Positions 23,254-35,360 of a DNA stretch of 64,000 nt are shown here, one piece after another. Numbering within the stretch: the stretch's first letter is position 1; every line of letters starts with the position of its first letter. A model generated the notes under the pieces. That model was not told the DNA's origin, did no database searches, and saw only the letters and a list, made by a program, of their open reading frames with translations. This DNA is from Azolla caroliniana. Its lineage: Eukaryota > Plantae > Polypodiophyta. The DNA is taken from positions 6,510,001 to 6,574,000 of the forward strand of contig JBHGNT010000002.1 of NCBI GenBank assembly GCA_043228905.1. The letters are read 5' to 3'. The position numbers and the translations under genes are program-made.

Positions 23254-26200
23254 AAGTTTAATTCTAATCATCACTTTAATCAGAAAACCAATGTTGCAGC
23301 TGTGCATAGTACTCTTAATAAGGTTGTGGATAGAAATAGTATGATTAATCGATTCATGCATCATGCAAAGAAACATAGTACTATTTCTTATTCAAATAAG
23401 ATTTCCCTTAAGGGATTGAAAATTATCAGTCAAGATTGCAAGTTTAAAAAGTTTGCATTAGATGGGAGGACGAAGGTTAGTAAGCAAGTTTTGTTGAGTT
23501 ATGAATAATTCTGAATTTGGTATTGGAACGTTCAAGGGCTTGGAGGGGCTCTTAGTAATAAGTTTAAAGGTAGAGTCCGTCAAGAGTTGCATAAGTTTAA
23601 TGTGGGTGTTGATATGTGTGAAAGTGTTTTTAGAATCTAAGCCATTGAACATTAGAAGAATATAAAGTATTGATAATTCACATTTGGAGGCTAAGAACAC
23701 GAACCAAGACCTTAGGAAGAAGTCAAAAGTAAAAGTAAGAGACCAAGAGAAAAGTAAAAAGAGAAAAAGCGGACCATAAAAAACAGTAAAAAAGGAATGG
23801 TCATAACGCCTTCGTTTTTCACCCAAATATTATGTTTAAATATGGATTAGAAAGCTTGTAAAGAGTCTATAGAGTTTTAAATAACTAAATTCGGAGCTCT
23901 GAGGAAGGAGATATGACGATTAGAAGGTCGTTGGGTCTTGGCTAAAAATAGGAGATAAAAAGTTTCTAAAAATAGCGGGAACGAGGAAGAAGAAGAAAAT
24001 TATAAAAGAGGAAGTGATAGTCTTAGACGGGGGACTAATAGGGAGAGGATCCTAATAGAGGAGAGGGAGTCTTAGGAAGAGATATCTTAGTGAAAGGGGA
24101 AGGGTCTTAATTGTGGTTTTTGAGTGATTGGTAGTAAGAAGGTCTTTGGTTTCTTAGTTGAATGTGGAGTTTATCTCCTTTGTATTGTCTTGATGTTGGA
24201 ATATCATAACAATCTTATCTCTTTCTCATCTTCTCTATCTTTTTTTCTTAATTTCTTGAGTCTCTCTTGATCTATATAATATATTATGAGTCACAACTCC
24301 ATCTAACCGGTTTGGTCAAGCCCTCATATAGTGTAAGATTACCCTTTGTCTTAAACACCCTATCAATATGTTTACAAGAAACTCGTCTATGTGATAAGAA
24401 AATAGCTACATATGGAAACATGTTGAAAGGAAATTAGGAAATACTATTGGACTCCTGCGATTAGCAAAGAAATGGAGTCAGTAGGTGCTAGATTGTCATG
24501 TATTGGTCGATGGAAGAGCTCAATACATCATCCTAATGATCTCAGGCCTTAAGTTGGGCTTTCTTAATGTTTATGCTCCAAATTCAGGAGGGGCTAGAAA
24601 GGAATTTTGGTTTAAGATAGGATATGATTTACCGTTAGTGGATCATTGGTGTATGGTGGGTGATTTTTATATGATTGAGGATTTTGGTGATAGGACTGGA
24701 GGCTCTCATGCTTTGATAGGTGCAATTGAGTTGATAACATGGGAAAGATTATGTTTATCATTCAGATTACAAGATGCATCACATGTTACATCTTTTGCTC
24801 GATTAAAAGATTATTAAGTTTCTCTCAATCAGATAGAAGACAGCAAGGGGTAAATTTGTCACGTTTGGATAGAATATACATTGATGATTTTTTTGTTGGA
24901 AAGGGTGGGGAGATTGGTATTGTATTAGGCTCTCTTTTCTCAGATCATGCACTTGTGATTATGGTTGTTGGAAAACAACCATGTCATAACAATGGCTGTG
25001 GTTGTTTTCCGAAATGGATTTATTTGGATACATCCCTTAGACATGATATTTTATAGATGTGGAAATTGCAAATTACATCTTCTACAAATGGTCAACTCTG
25101 CTATTCGGAGTACTTTGAAATTTCTTAGATTGAAAGTATTCAAGACTATGGAGAAATGTAAGTTACAAATGGCTGCTAATATGAAGGCTTTGAAGTCTCT
25201 TCAGCATTTTTAAGAAAAATGTCCACATGCGTCTTGGGTTGAAATGGAGTTGGGTCACTTAAGAAATGCACTAGTGGGTTTAGAAGATAAGATATCTCAA
25301 ACAAAGTTTCCTGTCGCTATTACGAAGTGGGTTGGATTAGGTGATAATGTGAATTCTGAATTTTTTGCATATTATAAAGGTGTTCATTCAGGTAGTTGTA
25401 TGAGACAACTTCAAAGGGAAGATGGGTCTATTACAAAGGAAACTAATGAAATGAGCGTCATTACTACGTCTTTTTATAAAAATCTACGAACTACCCAACA
25501 ATTTTCGGTTAAACAACTCCAATAAAGAAAAATATTTTGGATTGTTTGGAACATAAGGTCTCAAATGAGATGGCTGAATCATTGGTAAAGGTAATCTCTT
25601 CTGCAGTAGTAAGAGCTGCATTGGTGGTTGTTGGGAAGAATGTATTCCTAGGAAATGATGGATTATCACCAGAATTCTTTTTAGAATATTGGGATGATAT
25701 AACCAATGTTTTCACATCCTCTTTACAAGAAGTTTTTATGTTGGGAGGGATGCCTGTTGAATGGAATGAAGGAATGATTTATTTGATTCCAAAGTTCGAA
25801 GGTGTGGTGGATGATATTAAGAATGGAGGCCTATAACTCTTTTAAATACCGTATATAAAGTTTATGCTAAGTTATTAGCTATACGTTTGCAACCTTTTCT
25901 TGCACATATTGTCCATAAAACTCAAACAGGCTTTATATAGGAATGGAGTATATTTGATAATATTTTCATGTTTTGGGAGATGATAACAATAGCTCAAGAA
26001 ACAAAACAAGAATTAACAATATTGCTTTTGGATTTTGAGAAAGCATATGACAGAGTCGATTGGAATTTCTTATACGAAGTTAGGGGCCATCTAGGTCTTC
26101 CAAGTGACTATGTTAAGGTTGTTTTTGCATTATATAATTCAACATCTAGTCGAGTTCTTGTTGGAGGAGCACTAGGTAATAATTTTCCGATTACTAGATC

Positions 26201-26378
26201 GGTGAGACAATGATGTCCTTTGGCTCCATATTTATTTCTATTTGTGGGAGAAGCCTTTAGTGCATTCTTGCATAAGAACAGGTTATCTATATAAGGCTAT
26301 ATAGTGGCCAAGTGTGGAGGAGGTTATGTTCGATTGTGAATTTGCAAATGACACTACATTATATGTTGTAGGAGATGA
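23254..26378 (+). mobile_element. L1-like LINE remnant (APE endonuclease and RT), truncated after the catalytic motif
   Basis: WNVQGL, CLQET, NVYAPN, VGDF, SRLDRIY, SDH; RT motifs DGL, LIPK, LDFEKAYDRVDW, SVRQxCPL, FANDT. Confidence 0.9.
23617..24365 (+). mobile_element. Solo LTR (749 bp) inside the LINE endonuclease
   Basis: TGTGAAAG...TATCA; TSD ATATG (23612-23616, 24366-24370); same family as 53427-54160. Confidence 0.93.
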
Positions 26379-26594
26379 CATTACATTATACTCTTCCTCC
26401 TCATTTTCAAATGTACCAATCAAAGCATTGTCTTCATCTAAAACTAGATGGTTTCTCCAAATTATGTGCACTAAATCTTGTTTGCCTTCAATCTAAGACA
26501 TCTTCTAGACTTGGTAATTTTTCTTTTATTATTTCTATTGTTGACATCCTTAAACATCCAACTTTTGTCAGTGTAAAGTCATACACAATGATTA

Positions 26595-27520
26595 TCATCG
26601 ATACAATTATTCTAAAAACAGAGATTGCAGTACAATTCGATACAATGTAACAAATTCTGATTGCAATACAATTTGATATTCAAGTTCAAAGTGTTTTCAT
26701 CACAATCGAATTCTTAATATCGAGTTCAGGTATAAAGTTTTTTTTTTTTTTTTGTGAGTAGCTTGAGTTGATGAAAAAACCAGAGTTTTCATCACAATTC
26801 AATACAATGTATCGAGTGCATGTTTAAAGTAATTTTTTAAAATTTGTTTTGCTTTTTTGGGGTTTTTTTGTTTTTATTTGGGGGAAAAATATCTTAAACA
26901 TGAATTCAATACATTGTATCGAATTGTGATAAAAACTCTGGTTTTTTCATCTGATTCAATTCAAGCTAAAAAAAAAACCAAAATAAATAGAAAAAAGTTT
27001 TAAAAAACCTTAAACATGAACTTTGGTTTTATTTGAAAAAAAGAGAACATTTTTAAACATGGACTTGATACATTGTGTCGAGTTGATGTAAAAAAAGCGG
27101 AGTTTTCATCACAATTTGATAGTGTATCAAATTCATGTTCAAAGTTTTTTTCCTAGATTTTTTATTTTATTTTAAAATTGAGCTTGAGTTGATGAAAAAA
27201 CCAGAGTTTTCATCACAATTCGATACAATGTATCGAGATCATGTTTAAAATAATTTTTTTTAATTTGTTTTTTTTTGTTGTTATTTGGGGGAAAAAAAAT
27301 CTTAAACATGAATTCGATACATTGAATCGAATTTGGATGAAAACTCTGGTTTTTTCATCAATTCAAGCTAAAAAAAAACCAAAATAAATTGAAAAAATTG
27401 AAAAAAAAACTTAAACATGAACTCAATACAATGTATCGAGTTCGTGTTGAAAGTTCCTCTATTTTTCGAGTTCGTGTTCAAAAGTTTTCAACATGAACTC
27501 AATACATTTGAATAATCGAG
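26595..27520. repeat. Array of nested palindromes and alternating inverted repeats (core TCGATACA-N-TGTATCGA)
   Basis: About 9 degenerate cores, with a perfect copy at 27220-27236; GATGAAAA...TTTTCATC hairpins; head-to-head unit pairs at 26761-26970 and 27182-27370. Confidence 0.9.
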
Positions 27521-28580
27521 GCTCGCCTTTAGAATCTAATCAATCTAAGGAAGCCATGTATAGTCCGAGAGCAAAGGGATATTATTCAACAATGATATAC
27601 CAAGATAGTGATAGTAAGAAACGGATAGAAGTTAAAGATATTCTTGATTATTCCTACATCATTTCTTACACATCTTGAAAGAGTGCGCAAAGAAAAGGAC
27701 TATCGGTTAGTGAAGGCATATGGTATAGAAGATGGTGGCACTTTTAAGAAATTTTGCCACAAAAAGGATATCATTGAGATTTATACTATAATTTCTATTG
27801 TGGTGATGTGCCTGAGATGATACACATATTGCCAACGAAGGAATACATATTGTTGATTGTTGACATACCATACGGATTTTGTATGGTTGGATCAACATAT
27901 GATGATGAACCATTCATGTTCAAACTACTTGAGAAGATGGTGAAAGATTTCGCACAGACAATATCCTTATGGAGAATTGGCATAATCCATAGCATGGACC
28001 AAGGATACTCTGTAGCACAAGCCTTGAGATCTCATTGCCATGGGATAGAAAACTTTGCTTAGTAAGGAATATTTATCTTACATGGAGAATTTTGATTTTC
28101 CTATCAATACATTCTACTTAATATTGATATTTGTCATTTGAAATGTTCTCCAATGAAGGAGATTGGATATTAGATTTGTTCTCCGGCTCAGGTAAATTAT
28201 TATAACTTTGTTTACTATGCCTTTAAAAATCAATATAGTTTATGTTTAGCTAAAGCAATCTTCATTTTAAATTGGTCATGTGTACTACATCTACATTTGC
28301 ATTGAAGTTATTCAGAAATATTGTTGCACTTAAAAAGGATGATGAGCAAGTGAGTTTCATTAACATGAGGATTAAAGCCTTAACATTTTCAATCTGCATC
28401 CCATGAACCTATTTCTCCATTAATTGGGGAACCTAGAGAGCTTATTGATTTTGTCAACGAGCTATTTGAGGACCCTATCATTGCTAGCCTATGTGGAGTA
28501 GATACTATACAAATTTTGTAGGGGAGTTCTCAAAAGGAAGAAGAGGAGAGTAGTGTGGATATGTTCAAATTGATATATTA
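27520..28580 (+). pseudogene. Beta-class N6-adenine/N4-cytosine DNA methyltransferase pseudogene with introns (copy 1)
   Basis: YNFYCGDVPEMIHILPTKEYILLIVDIPYG (motifs III-IV; DIPY at 27862-27873); EMFSNEGDWILDLFSGSG (motif I, ending at 28191); GT donor at 28192; next exon from 28282 reads GTTSTFALKLFRNIVALKKDDEQVSFINMRIKAL. Confidence 0.85.
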
Positions 28581-28753
28581 ATGTTCACATCTAAGTTTAT
28601 GAATATCATCTACACTTTTGGAGTTGTGGATTTATAGACGTTTATGAATATTGTCTACATTTCTTGAGTTGTGAATTTACGGATGTTGATGAGCATTAAA
28701 GTTATAGATGATGACACTAAGGACTATACTTAAATCATTTTCAAGTCTAACAA

Positions 28754-29088
28754 TAGATGTCACTTCCACTTCTGGAACTTACATCTCCTCAAGATGGTGA
28801 AACCATATCTTAACTTGTGCCTTGAGTTAACCATTGTGATTTTCTTTAAGTTAACTACATTTCATATTTGCAAACCATCAATGTATAAACATTTATTGAA
28901 AAACTATTCAATTTTAGAAATTGTCATTTTGACGCTTGTTAAATCTCAAAAAATCAGCAAATTTTATATGTTATTTAAAACATGTGATATTGGTGTATCA
29001 AGTTTCTGAAAATTGCCTAAAATCACAAGATTATAAAAGGAATCTATAAGTGGAATGTGCGATCCTTCCACTTGTGAACGCGGACGTG
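28754..29088 (+). mobile_element. Conserved terminal segment of the putative methyltransferase-carrying element (copy 1)
   Basis: Homologous to 39273-39663; similarity stops at ...GATCCTTCCACTTGTGAACGCGGACGTG; subterminal hairpin AAGTGGAA...TTCCACTT. Confidence 0.75.
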
Positions 29089-29289
29089 TTTGCAGTCTTT
29101 CGAAAGCAAGAGGTTTTTAAGAAGAGATGGAAAAGGATGAAGGTATATGTTGGAGGTATTAGCCACCACTCTGTGTATTTCCTCCACAAACATAAGACAT
29201 GTGGCCATGGATAACTGTTATTACTAATGTTTTGGGACATACATATGTCTATAGCAATCCAAGAGCAGTTGAATGGGTAAAAATCTATG

Positions 29290-30210
29290 ATGAAATTTCA
29301 TGTAAATTGCTTTGAACATAATATAACCCATTATTGGGAAAAAAAAAACATTATGGGAACCAATTTCCAAAAACTACTAAAATTAATGAATTACTATCTA
29401 CATCCATGTTCCCCATGTTTAAGTTTCGTATATTCTTGGGTAGATAACTATGCATTGATCCTTCTTTCATAGTGTTTGAAGCAATGAACACGCATATACC
29501 TTATGTTCAAACATCTCGACCTATTAAAGAACACCAATCCGTACAAAGTGAGATATTTGTTAACTCTGAATTGTGACCAAGTAATACAATATAGATAAGG
29601 GTAAACCTATTGTGACCAAGTAATGCAAAATAGGTAATGGTAAACCTCTCGATATGAGGAACATACTTTAACCTAAGCATGCCATGTACCCTATTTTTGT
29701 CATTTCAAAGAAAAATTGCCACAAAGAGATATACATTCAAAGCATGAAGGAGACCTCAAAATTTACCCTCATATTTTGTGATGTATGAGAATGTTTTCTT
29801 TTGTAGATCCTGATCCGATCAAAGTACAACTAAAATGGCACATATGTACTCATGAGAACACATGGCTACATAAGGTCAATTGGGACCCTTCGCAATAGGC
29901 ATGGCACGATCCTTATGCAGGTCAAGGAAACAAAGGTATCCCTTTCTTTCAATTCATGACTAGATTGGGTCGCCACATTCTAACCACTCAAACCACCCGA
30001 GAGCCAACTGTTGCAAAGATCTGGCACACATATCATGTTCCTCACACAATTATCACCAAGTTTTGGTAGAAAATCTAGAAACACCATCACGTGAGGAGAA
30101 TTACCACGTTCCAATGGCCATTAATACATAAGGCACTACCGGTTGGAGCATGGCAACATGGCAACCTTAGCTCTCCTAATTGGTTAGCATGCCCAAGTGC
30201 AACAAAATCA
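29290..30210 (+). mobile_element. Highly degenerate LINE 3' region (zf-RVT-like)
   Basis: Reads KFW.KI...RRITTFQWPLIHKALPVGAW...ACP at ~30050-30200. Confidence 0.55.
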
Positions 30211-30450
30211 ATGTGGGACTACCCTAAACCCTAAACCGCCTATTGCAATTATGTCAGGTGCAAGGCACAATCAAGTGGGGAAATGTATATCGGTTATCAT
30301 GGTAGGCCCCAGTTGCCAAGTACGAGCATCAGGAGGAGGGGGTGACTTTGGTGAAATAGGCACAAACGGGTTTTTTTTCCACCATCGACAATATCCACTC
30401 AACTCCTATTAATGCTAAATCTCAAGTTGTGTTGGAATTGGTCAGCCTAA

Positions 30451-30902
30451 TGTCATGAAGACATACGTTTTGGCTTACAAAGATTCGAACCCAAAAATTC
30501 TTGTTCTATGTGTTAAACCCTTTAACCATTATAATAACAAATATGATGTATGGTCATAATAACTATATTATTAGTTATTACAAGATATTTATAGTATTCT
30601 AGAACATTCTAGAGTATTTGGAACATTATAGAATATTCCATGATTATCTTAAATATCATAAATATTCTAAAACATTCTACAATACTCCATAAGGACCTAT
30701 ACATAGGTGTCTATCCATTCATCAGAACTCATTCGGTTTAACACTAGTCTTCAGTCACTTAGCCTACTCTTTGTAACCCTTTTTCTCTTATAATATAAAC
30801 TCCTTTCCATTTCTAGTGTTCTTTTTCTCCTTCTTAGTAGCTTCTATAATCTTCTTTCTTCTATTTTCTCTCTCTCTCTTTCTCCTGGTCTTAGTCACCA
30901 CA
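30451..30902 (+). mobile_element. Tcn1-like solo LTR
   Basis: TGTCATG...CACCACA; flanks CCTAA/CCCAA (TSD with 1 mismatch); homologous to 41307-42301. Confidence 0.88.
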
Positions 30903-32092
30903 CCCAATAGCTCTTTGAACTATTTGGAAACAACAGTGTAGACAGGTCTTCTCCAACCAAACCACGCATCTAATAATATTAATGCAAGAGATATGAAGTG
31001 AAGTTGTAGCCACTCTAAAGAGCCAATACGATGGCCTCAAGGGCGGCTCCGATGGAGTTAAAAGACAACAACTAGCCTTCATCCAACATTGGTTGTCCTA
31101 TCCCTTTCTTGAGTCAGTGGGAATCCAATATATGGATTTGTATATAACACTCATCTATAAAGTTTTATAACTAATGGAAGGAAATTTTTTTATTTTTTTT
31201 AAATATCAAAGTTTTCTTTTGTCTATACATGGAAAAATGATTATTTGACAAGATTGAAATTATTCATAATTATAAATGAAAGAAAACTAATTATTGTTTA
31301 TTAAGACTCTAAGGTTTCAATCCCCATGGTTATTGTTATCTTTAATCATTTAGGAAATCTTTTGTAATCATTTTTTTCAAGGAATTTGATATTAGCATGC
31401 CATGCACTTCAACTTTGCCATTTTTAAGAAAACAAATCCCATAAAGAGCATTGCATTCACAACACAAAGGAGATTTTGGAATGTAAATCTCATAAGTTTT
31501 TTCTAATATCAAAGTTCTACTTTCCCAAGAAAGAAACAATGATTATATAACCATATACAAACTTTCCTTCTTTTTAATTTTGTATGCTAATGATGAAACA
31601 AACCTGTACACGATCTTCCTTATAGTTAATTCCTTGAAAATGAAAAGGTTGAAAGTTATTAGGAAACATTAAGGTAGACAAAACAATTATTGTTTATTAA
31701 CAATTATTTCCGTGGATGTTATTATCACTAATCATTTATAAAATCTTTTATTGACATTGAACAATATCTGAAGGCTCTAAACAGGGCAGAAATTTGACGG
31801 GTGTCATGCCCGTCAAAGGCCATTTTGCCCGTCAAAAACATACACCTACTAAAAATGTCCGTCAAGTGACATATAAAGTATAAAATTTTCCTTTTCATGT
31901 GAAAGGCCCCTTAAAATTATACATGTCAAATGACATGCTAAAATTTTATTTTCTATGTCATTATTCATATATATTATATATATATACCACATATTGTCAT
32001 ATAAAATTTAAATATATGTACTATCATACTATCATCTATGTAGTATCAAGATTCAATTTGACTATATAGTATGAAGTGTGTAATATACTAAA

Positions 32093-32097
<5 letters not shown>

Positions 32098-32143
<46 letters not shown>
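32098..32143. repeat. (TA)n microsatellite
   Basis: Direct reading. Confidence 0.95.
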
Positions 32144-32148
<5 letters not shown>

Positions 32149-33158
32149 ACACGCTTAAAATAATATCATATAAATTGTAATGATGAATCCTCAAATCAAT
32201 TTAAATTTTAAACAATAACCTTGGTGCTTTATTAAATACTCTAAAAAATACTAGAGTGTAGACTAGTCACTCTAGGTTTGATTTTAAGTTTTCTTAAAGT
32301 AAATGTTTTACTAACCTACTTTTTTATACATACTTATTACTTATTACTTAATACTTATTACTTATTACTGTGCTTTATTAAAAAATTAGGGTTAGTAATA
32401 ACTTTTTAGTATAGGAAAAAGGTGAGTACTTACTAGTAACTACTTACTACTTACTGTTAGGTAACAAGTTATTTTTCAACTTAAAAATGATTGATTTTAT
32501 GTAGCCTTTTGTGCAGCAGGAATAGAACAAAGAAAGACATCCTTCAACCTTCAACATTTTTTAACTACAGTTTAAAAATGTAAGTTACCATGATCATCTA
32601 TCATATTATGTTCATTTAGCAAGTTATTATATTGTTTTTGTATTACCTTAATACCTCTAAAAATAAACTAAAAGTATTTCATTTCAATAAGGTTTGATTT
32701 TAAGTTTTTTTAAACTAAATGTTTTACTAACCTATTGTTTTATACATACTTATTACGTTTTACTATGCTTTATTAAAAAATTAGGGTTAATAATAACTTA
32801 TTAGTATAGGAAAAGGTGAGTACTTACTATTAGGTAGCAAGCTATTGTTCCAATTAAAAATTATTGATTCTATGTAGCCTTTTTGTGCAGTGGGAATAGA
32901 ACAAAAACAGCCTTCAACCTTCAACATTTTTTAACTACATTTTAAAAATGTAAGTTACCATGAATATCTATCATATTATGTTCATTTAACAAGTTATTAT
33001 ACAATATTGTTTTTGTATTACCTTAATACCTAAACAATAACTTCAATGTCTCTATTATAGTGAAATGAAATACTTTTAGTACATTTTTAGATGTCTATTA
33101 TTTAAATAATTTCAGGGGGAAAACAAAGAACCAAGCACAACAACATTCTATTAAGACT

Positions 33159-35360
33159 ATGTTTTGCAAGGCAACACATGTTAATGATGCTCCAAATAAT
33201 GAGCACGAGGTGGTTACAAACACAAATGAGTCGAGATCTTCTTATAACAAACAAAAAAGAAAGTGGAGAAACCAATGGACTTTGCTTCACCCATGGGCAT
33301 ATGTGACAAAGTCCCTATTAGGTGATGATATAATCAAATGCATGTGGTGTGAAGATGCAAGAAAGAACAATGTATTTGCGGATGGTGGATCTCAAAGCAT
33401 GCAAATGTCTTCATTGAATGAACATGCAAAGTCATCCGATCATGTGATAGCAAGTGCCATGTATAATGCAAAAAGACAAAAGGAAAATGCAAATGTGAAA
33501 GGCCTAATGGATGACAAAATTTCAGAAATCATGCATTTAGAATATGAGAGGATACTTTTATGCATGAAGTTGGTTCATTTTCATGCTTGCAATGATATTC
33601 CATTAGAGAAATATGTAAAACAATGTATGTTACAAAGAGAACTTGGTACTCCAAACGCCCCTGCCTCAAAAGAATATGGTGCTTATGCTAATGCTAAATC
33701 TGCAAGAGAATTCTTAATGGCCATTAAGAACCACACAAGGAAACTCTTGTATGATGAAATTCGTGGAAGTCCATTTTTCTCCATCTTGATTGATGAAAGC
33801 ACTGATCGTACATTGGAAAAACACCTCATTATCTATGTATTGTACTTAAGTGAAGGTGGCAAAGGGGAGCCACATTGTAAATTTGCGCGACTTCTTCCGG
33901 TGGAAAATGTGAAAGCTGAAGGTATCTACAAGTCTATCAATGAATTCATTTTGGAGAGCAATTTAGATTTAAAAAAACTTGTGGCTTTTGCAAGTGATGG
34001 GGCATCATCTATGATAGGGAAGAACAATGGTGCAATTTCTAAGTTTCAATCCATGATGCCTAATATTTTGGGAGTACATTGCATTGCACATCGTGAAGCA
34101 CTTGCCATAAAAGATGCATATATAATGTCTCATGCCCATGTGTTTAGCTTCCTTGATGTATTTGCAAATAAAGTATACTCTTGGTTGGGAAAGTCAACTA
34201 ATAGACACAAGGAGCTAAAAGAGATAATGAAACGACATGGTAAGGGTGATTTGAAGGTGCTTAAAATTCACTCCATAAGATGGTTATCTCGAGGCCAAGT
34301 AATGGAGAGACTAGTTACACTTATGCCCACAATTTTAGAACAATGGGAAAAACATGAGAAAAAATGGTACGAGTATGCTACTATATTCCAAGTGCAATTT
34401 ATGTTGCACCTATTGGCAGATATTCTTGTGGAATTAAATAAATTAAATGAGCAATTCCAAAGGGAATTAATGGATGTAACTATGCTTGGTGTTCACTTGG
34501 ATTTGATCCATGAGAAACTTCGAAGAACATATTTATCGTGTGAAACATTTGGCACCGGGTCTATGTTTCTTGCAAGCTTTTTATCGAATGTGAAAGATGG
34601 CATACTCATATATATTCGATGTGATAGTGTTACTCATTCACATCCATTGAAGTTTATACCGATTCCAAACCCAAAGGAGGTAGCAAATCGATCAAGAATA
34701 ATGAGTGGTCTTGATAGTGAGAATGAAGATAATGATTCTAACTTGAATATGTTTAATGGTAATGCGGAAAATGGTAGTTTGGATGAATGCATTAGAATTG
34801 GAAAAACTTTTGTCCAACATGTTATTGATGCCTTAAACAATCGTTTCCCGGATGTTACATTTTTCAATGCTATCAAGTTGTTTAATCCATCTTCATATCC
34901 CATTGAGGAAAATGAAAGAGAGAAAAAGACAAAGGAATGGATGCACAAACTTATTGGGAAGTTTAACATTGATAGGCAAATTGTTGACATGAAAAGATGC
35001 TTCAATGAACGAGAAGATTTTGTTGGTATGCTTGTGAGAATTGCTAAAGGAAGAGGAATGCATGATGCATGGGATATTTGTTGCAAAGCACAATCTTGGT
35101 GGCAATTATTTCCGGGTATTATGCAATTGTGGCAACTATGTATGACTATTCCTATTAGTACAGCTGCATGTGAACGAGGCTTTTCACGTCAAAATATCAT
35201 AAAAAATGATATTAGAAATGGTTTATCTTTGGAAACTTTAGATGCTTTGATGTTTATATCCTTGAATGCTCAAGAGACATCAAACATTTGTTGGAGGGAT
35301 ATATTTAACCTTTGGTTTGAAGAGAAAGAGAGAAGGATAGTATCATTGAACAATGCTTAG
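33159..35360 (+). CDS. hAT transposase (ZNF862-like), 733 aa uninterrupted; probably extends 5' through an upstream exon
   Basis: N-terminal Zn finger (CMWC...H....H); IDESTD, SDGASSM, HCIAH, IRWLSR, STAACERGFS (DDE triad and dimerisation domain); frame open from the TTCAG acceptor at 33111-33115. Confidence 0.95.
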   Translation: MFCKATHVNDAPNNEHEVVTNTNESRSSYNKQKRKWRNQWTLLHPWAYVTKSLLGDDIIKCMWCEDARKNNVFADGGSQSMQMSSLNEHAKSSDHVIASAMYNAKRQKENANVKGLMDDKISEIMHLEYERILLCMKLVHFHACNDIPLEKYVKQCMLQRELGTPNAPASKEYGAYANAKSAREFLMAIKNHTRKLLYDEIRGSPFFSILIDESTDRTLEKHLIIYVLYLSEGGKGEPHCKFARLLPVENVKAEGIYKSINEFILESNLDLKKLVAFASDGASSMIGKNNGAISKFQSMMPNILGVHCIAHREALAIKDAYIMSHAHVFSFLDVFANKVYSWLGKSTNRHKELKEIMKRHGKGDLKVLKIHSIRWLSRGQVMERLVTLMPTILEQWEKHEKKWYEYATIFQVQFMLHLLADILVELNKLNEQFQRELMDVTMLGVHLDLIHEKLRRTYLSCETFGTGSMFLASFLSNVKDGILIYIRCDSVTHSHPLKFIPIPNPKEVANRSRIMSGLDSENEDNDSNLNMFNGNAENGSLDECIRIGKTFVQHVIDALNNRFPDVTFFNAIKLFNPSSYPIEENEREKKTKEWMHKLIGKFNIDRQIVDMKRCFNEREDFVGMLVRIAKGRGMHDAWDICCKAQSWWQLFPGIMQLWQLCMTIPISTAACERGFSRQNIIKNDIRNGLSLETLDALMFISLNAQETSNICWRDIFNLWFEEKERRIVSLNNA

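Noticed and set aside
26595-27520. Palindromic repeats as a CRISPR array
   Set aside because: The orientation alternates, the intervening sequence is itself repeated or homopolymeric, and the context is eukaryotic.
27520-28580. Bacterial contamination as the source of the methyltransferase
   Set aside because: It has GT-type intron donors, decays like its neighbours, occurs twice and is interleaved with plant retroelements.
30222-30235. Telomere-like CCCTAAA x2
   Set aside because: Only two units, too short to call an interstitial telomere.
34634-35105. Minus-strand ORFs within the hAT
   Set aside because: Shadow frames of the transposase.
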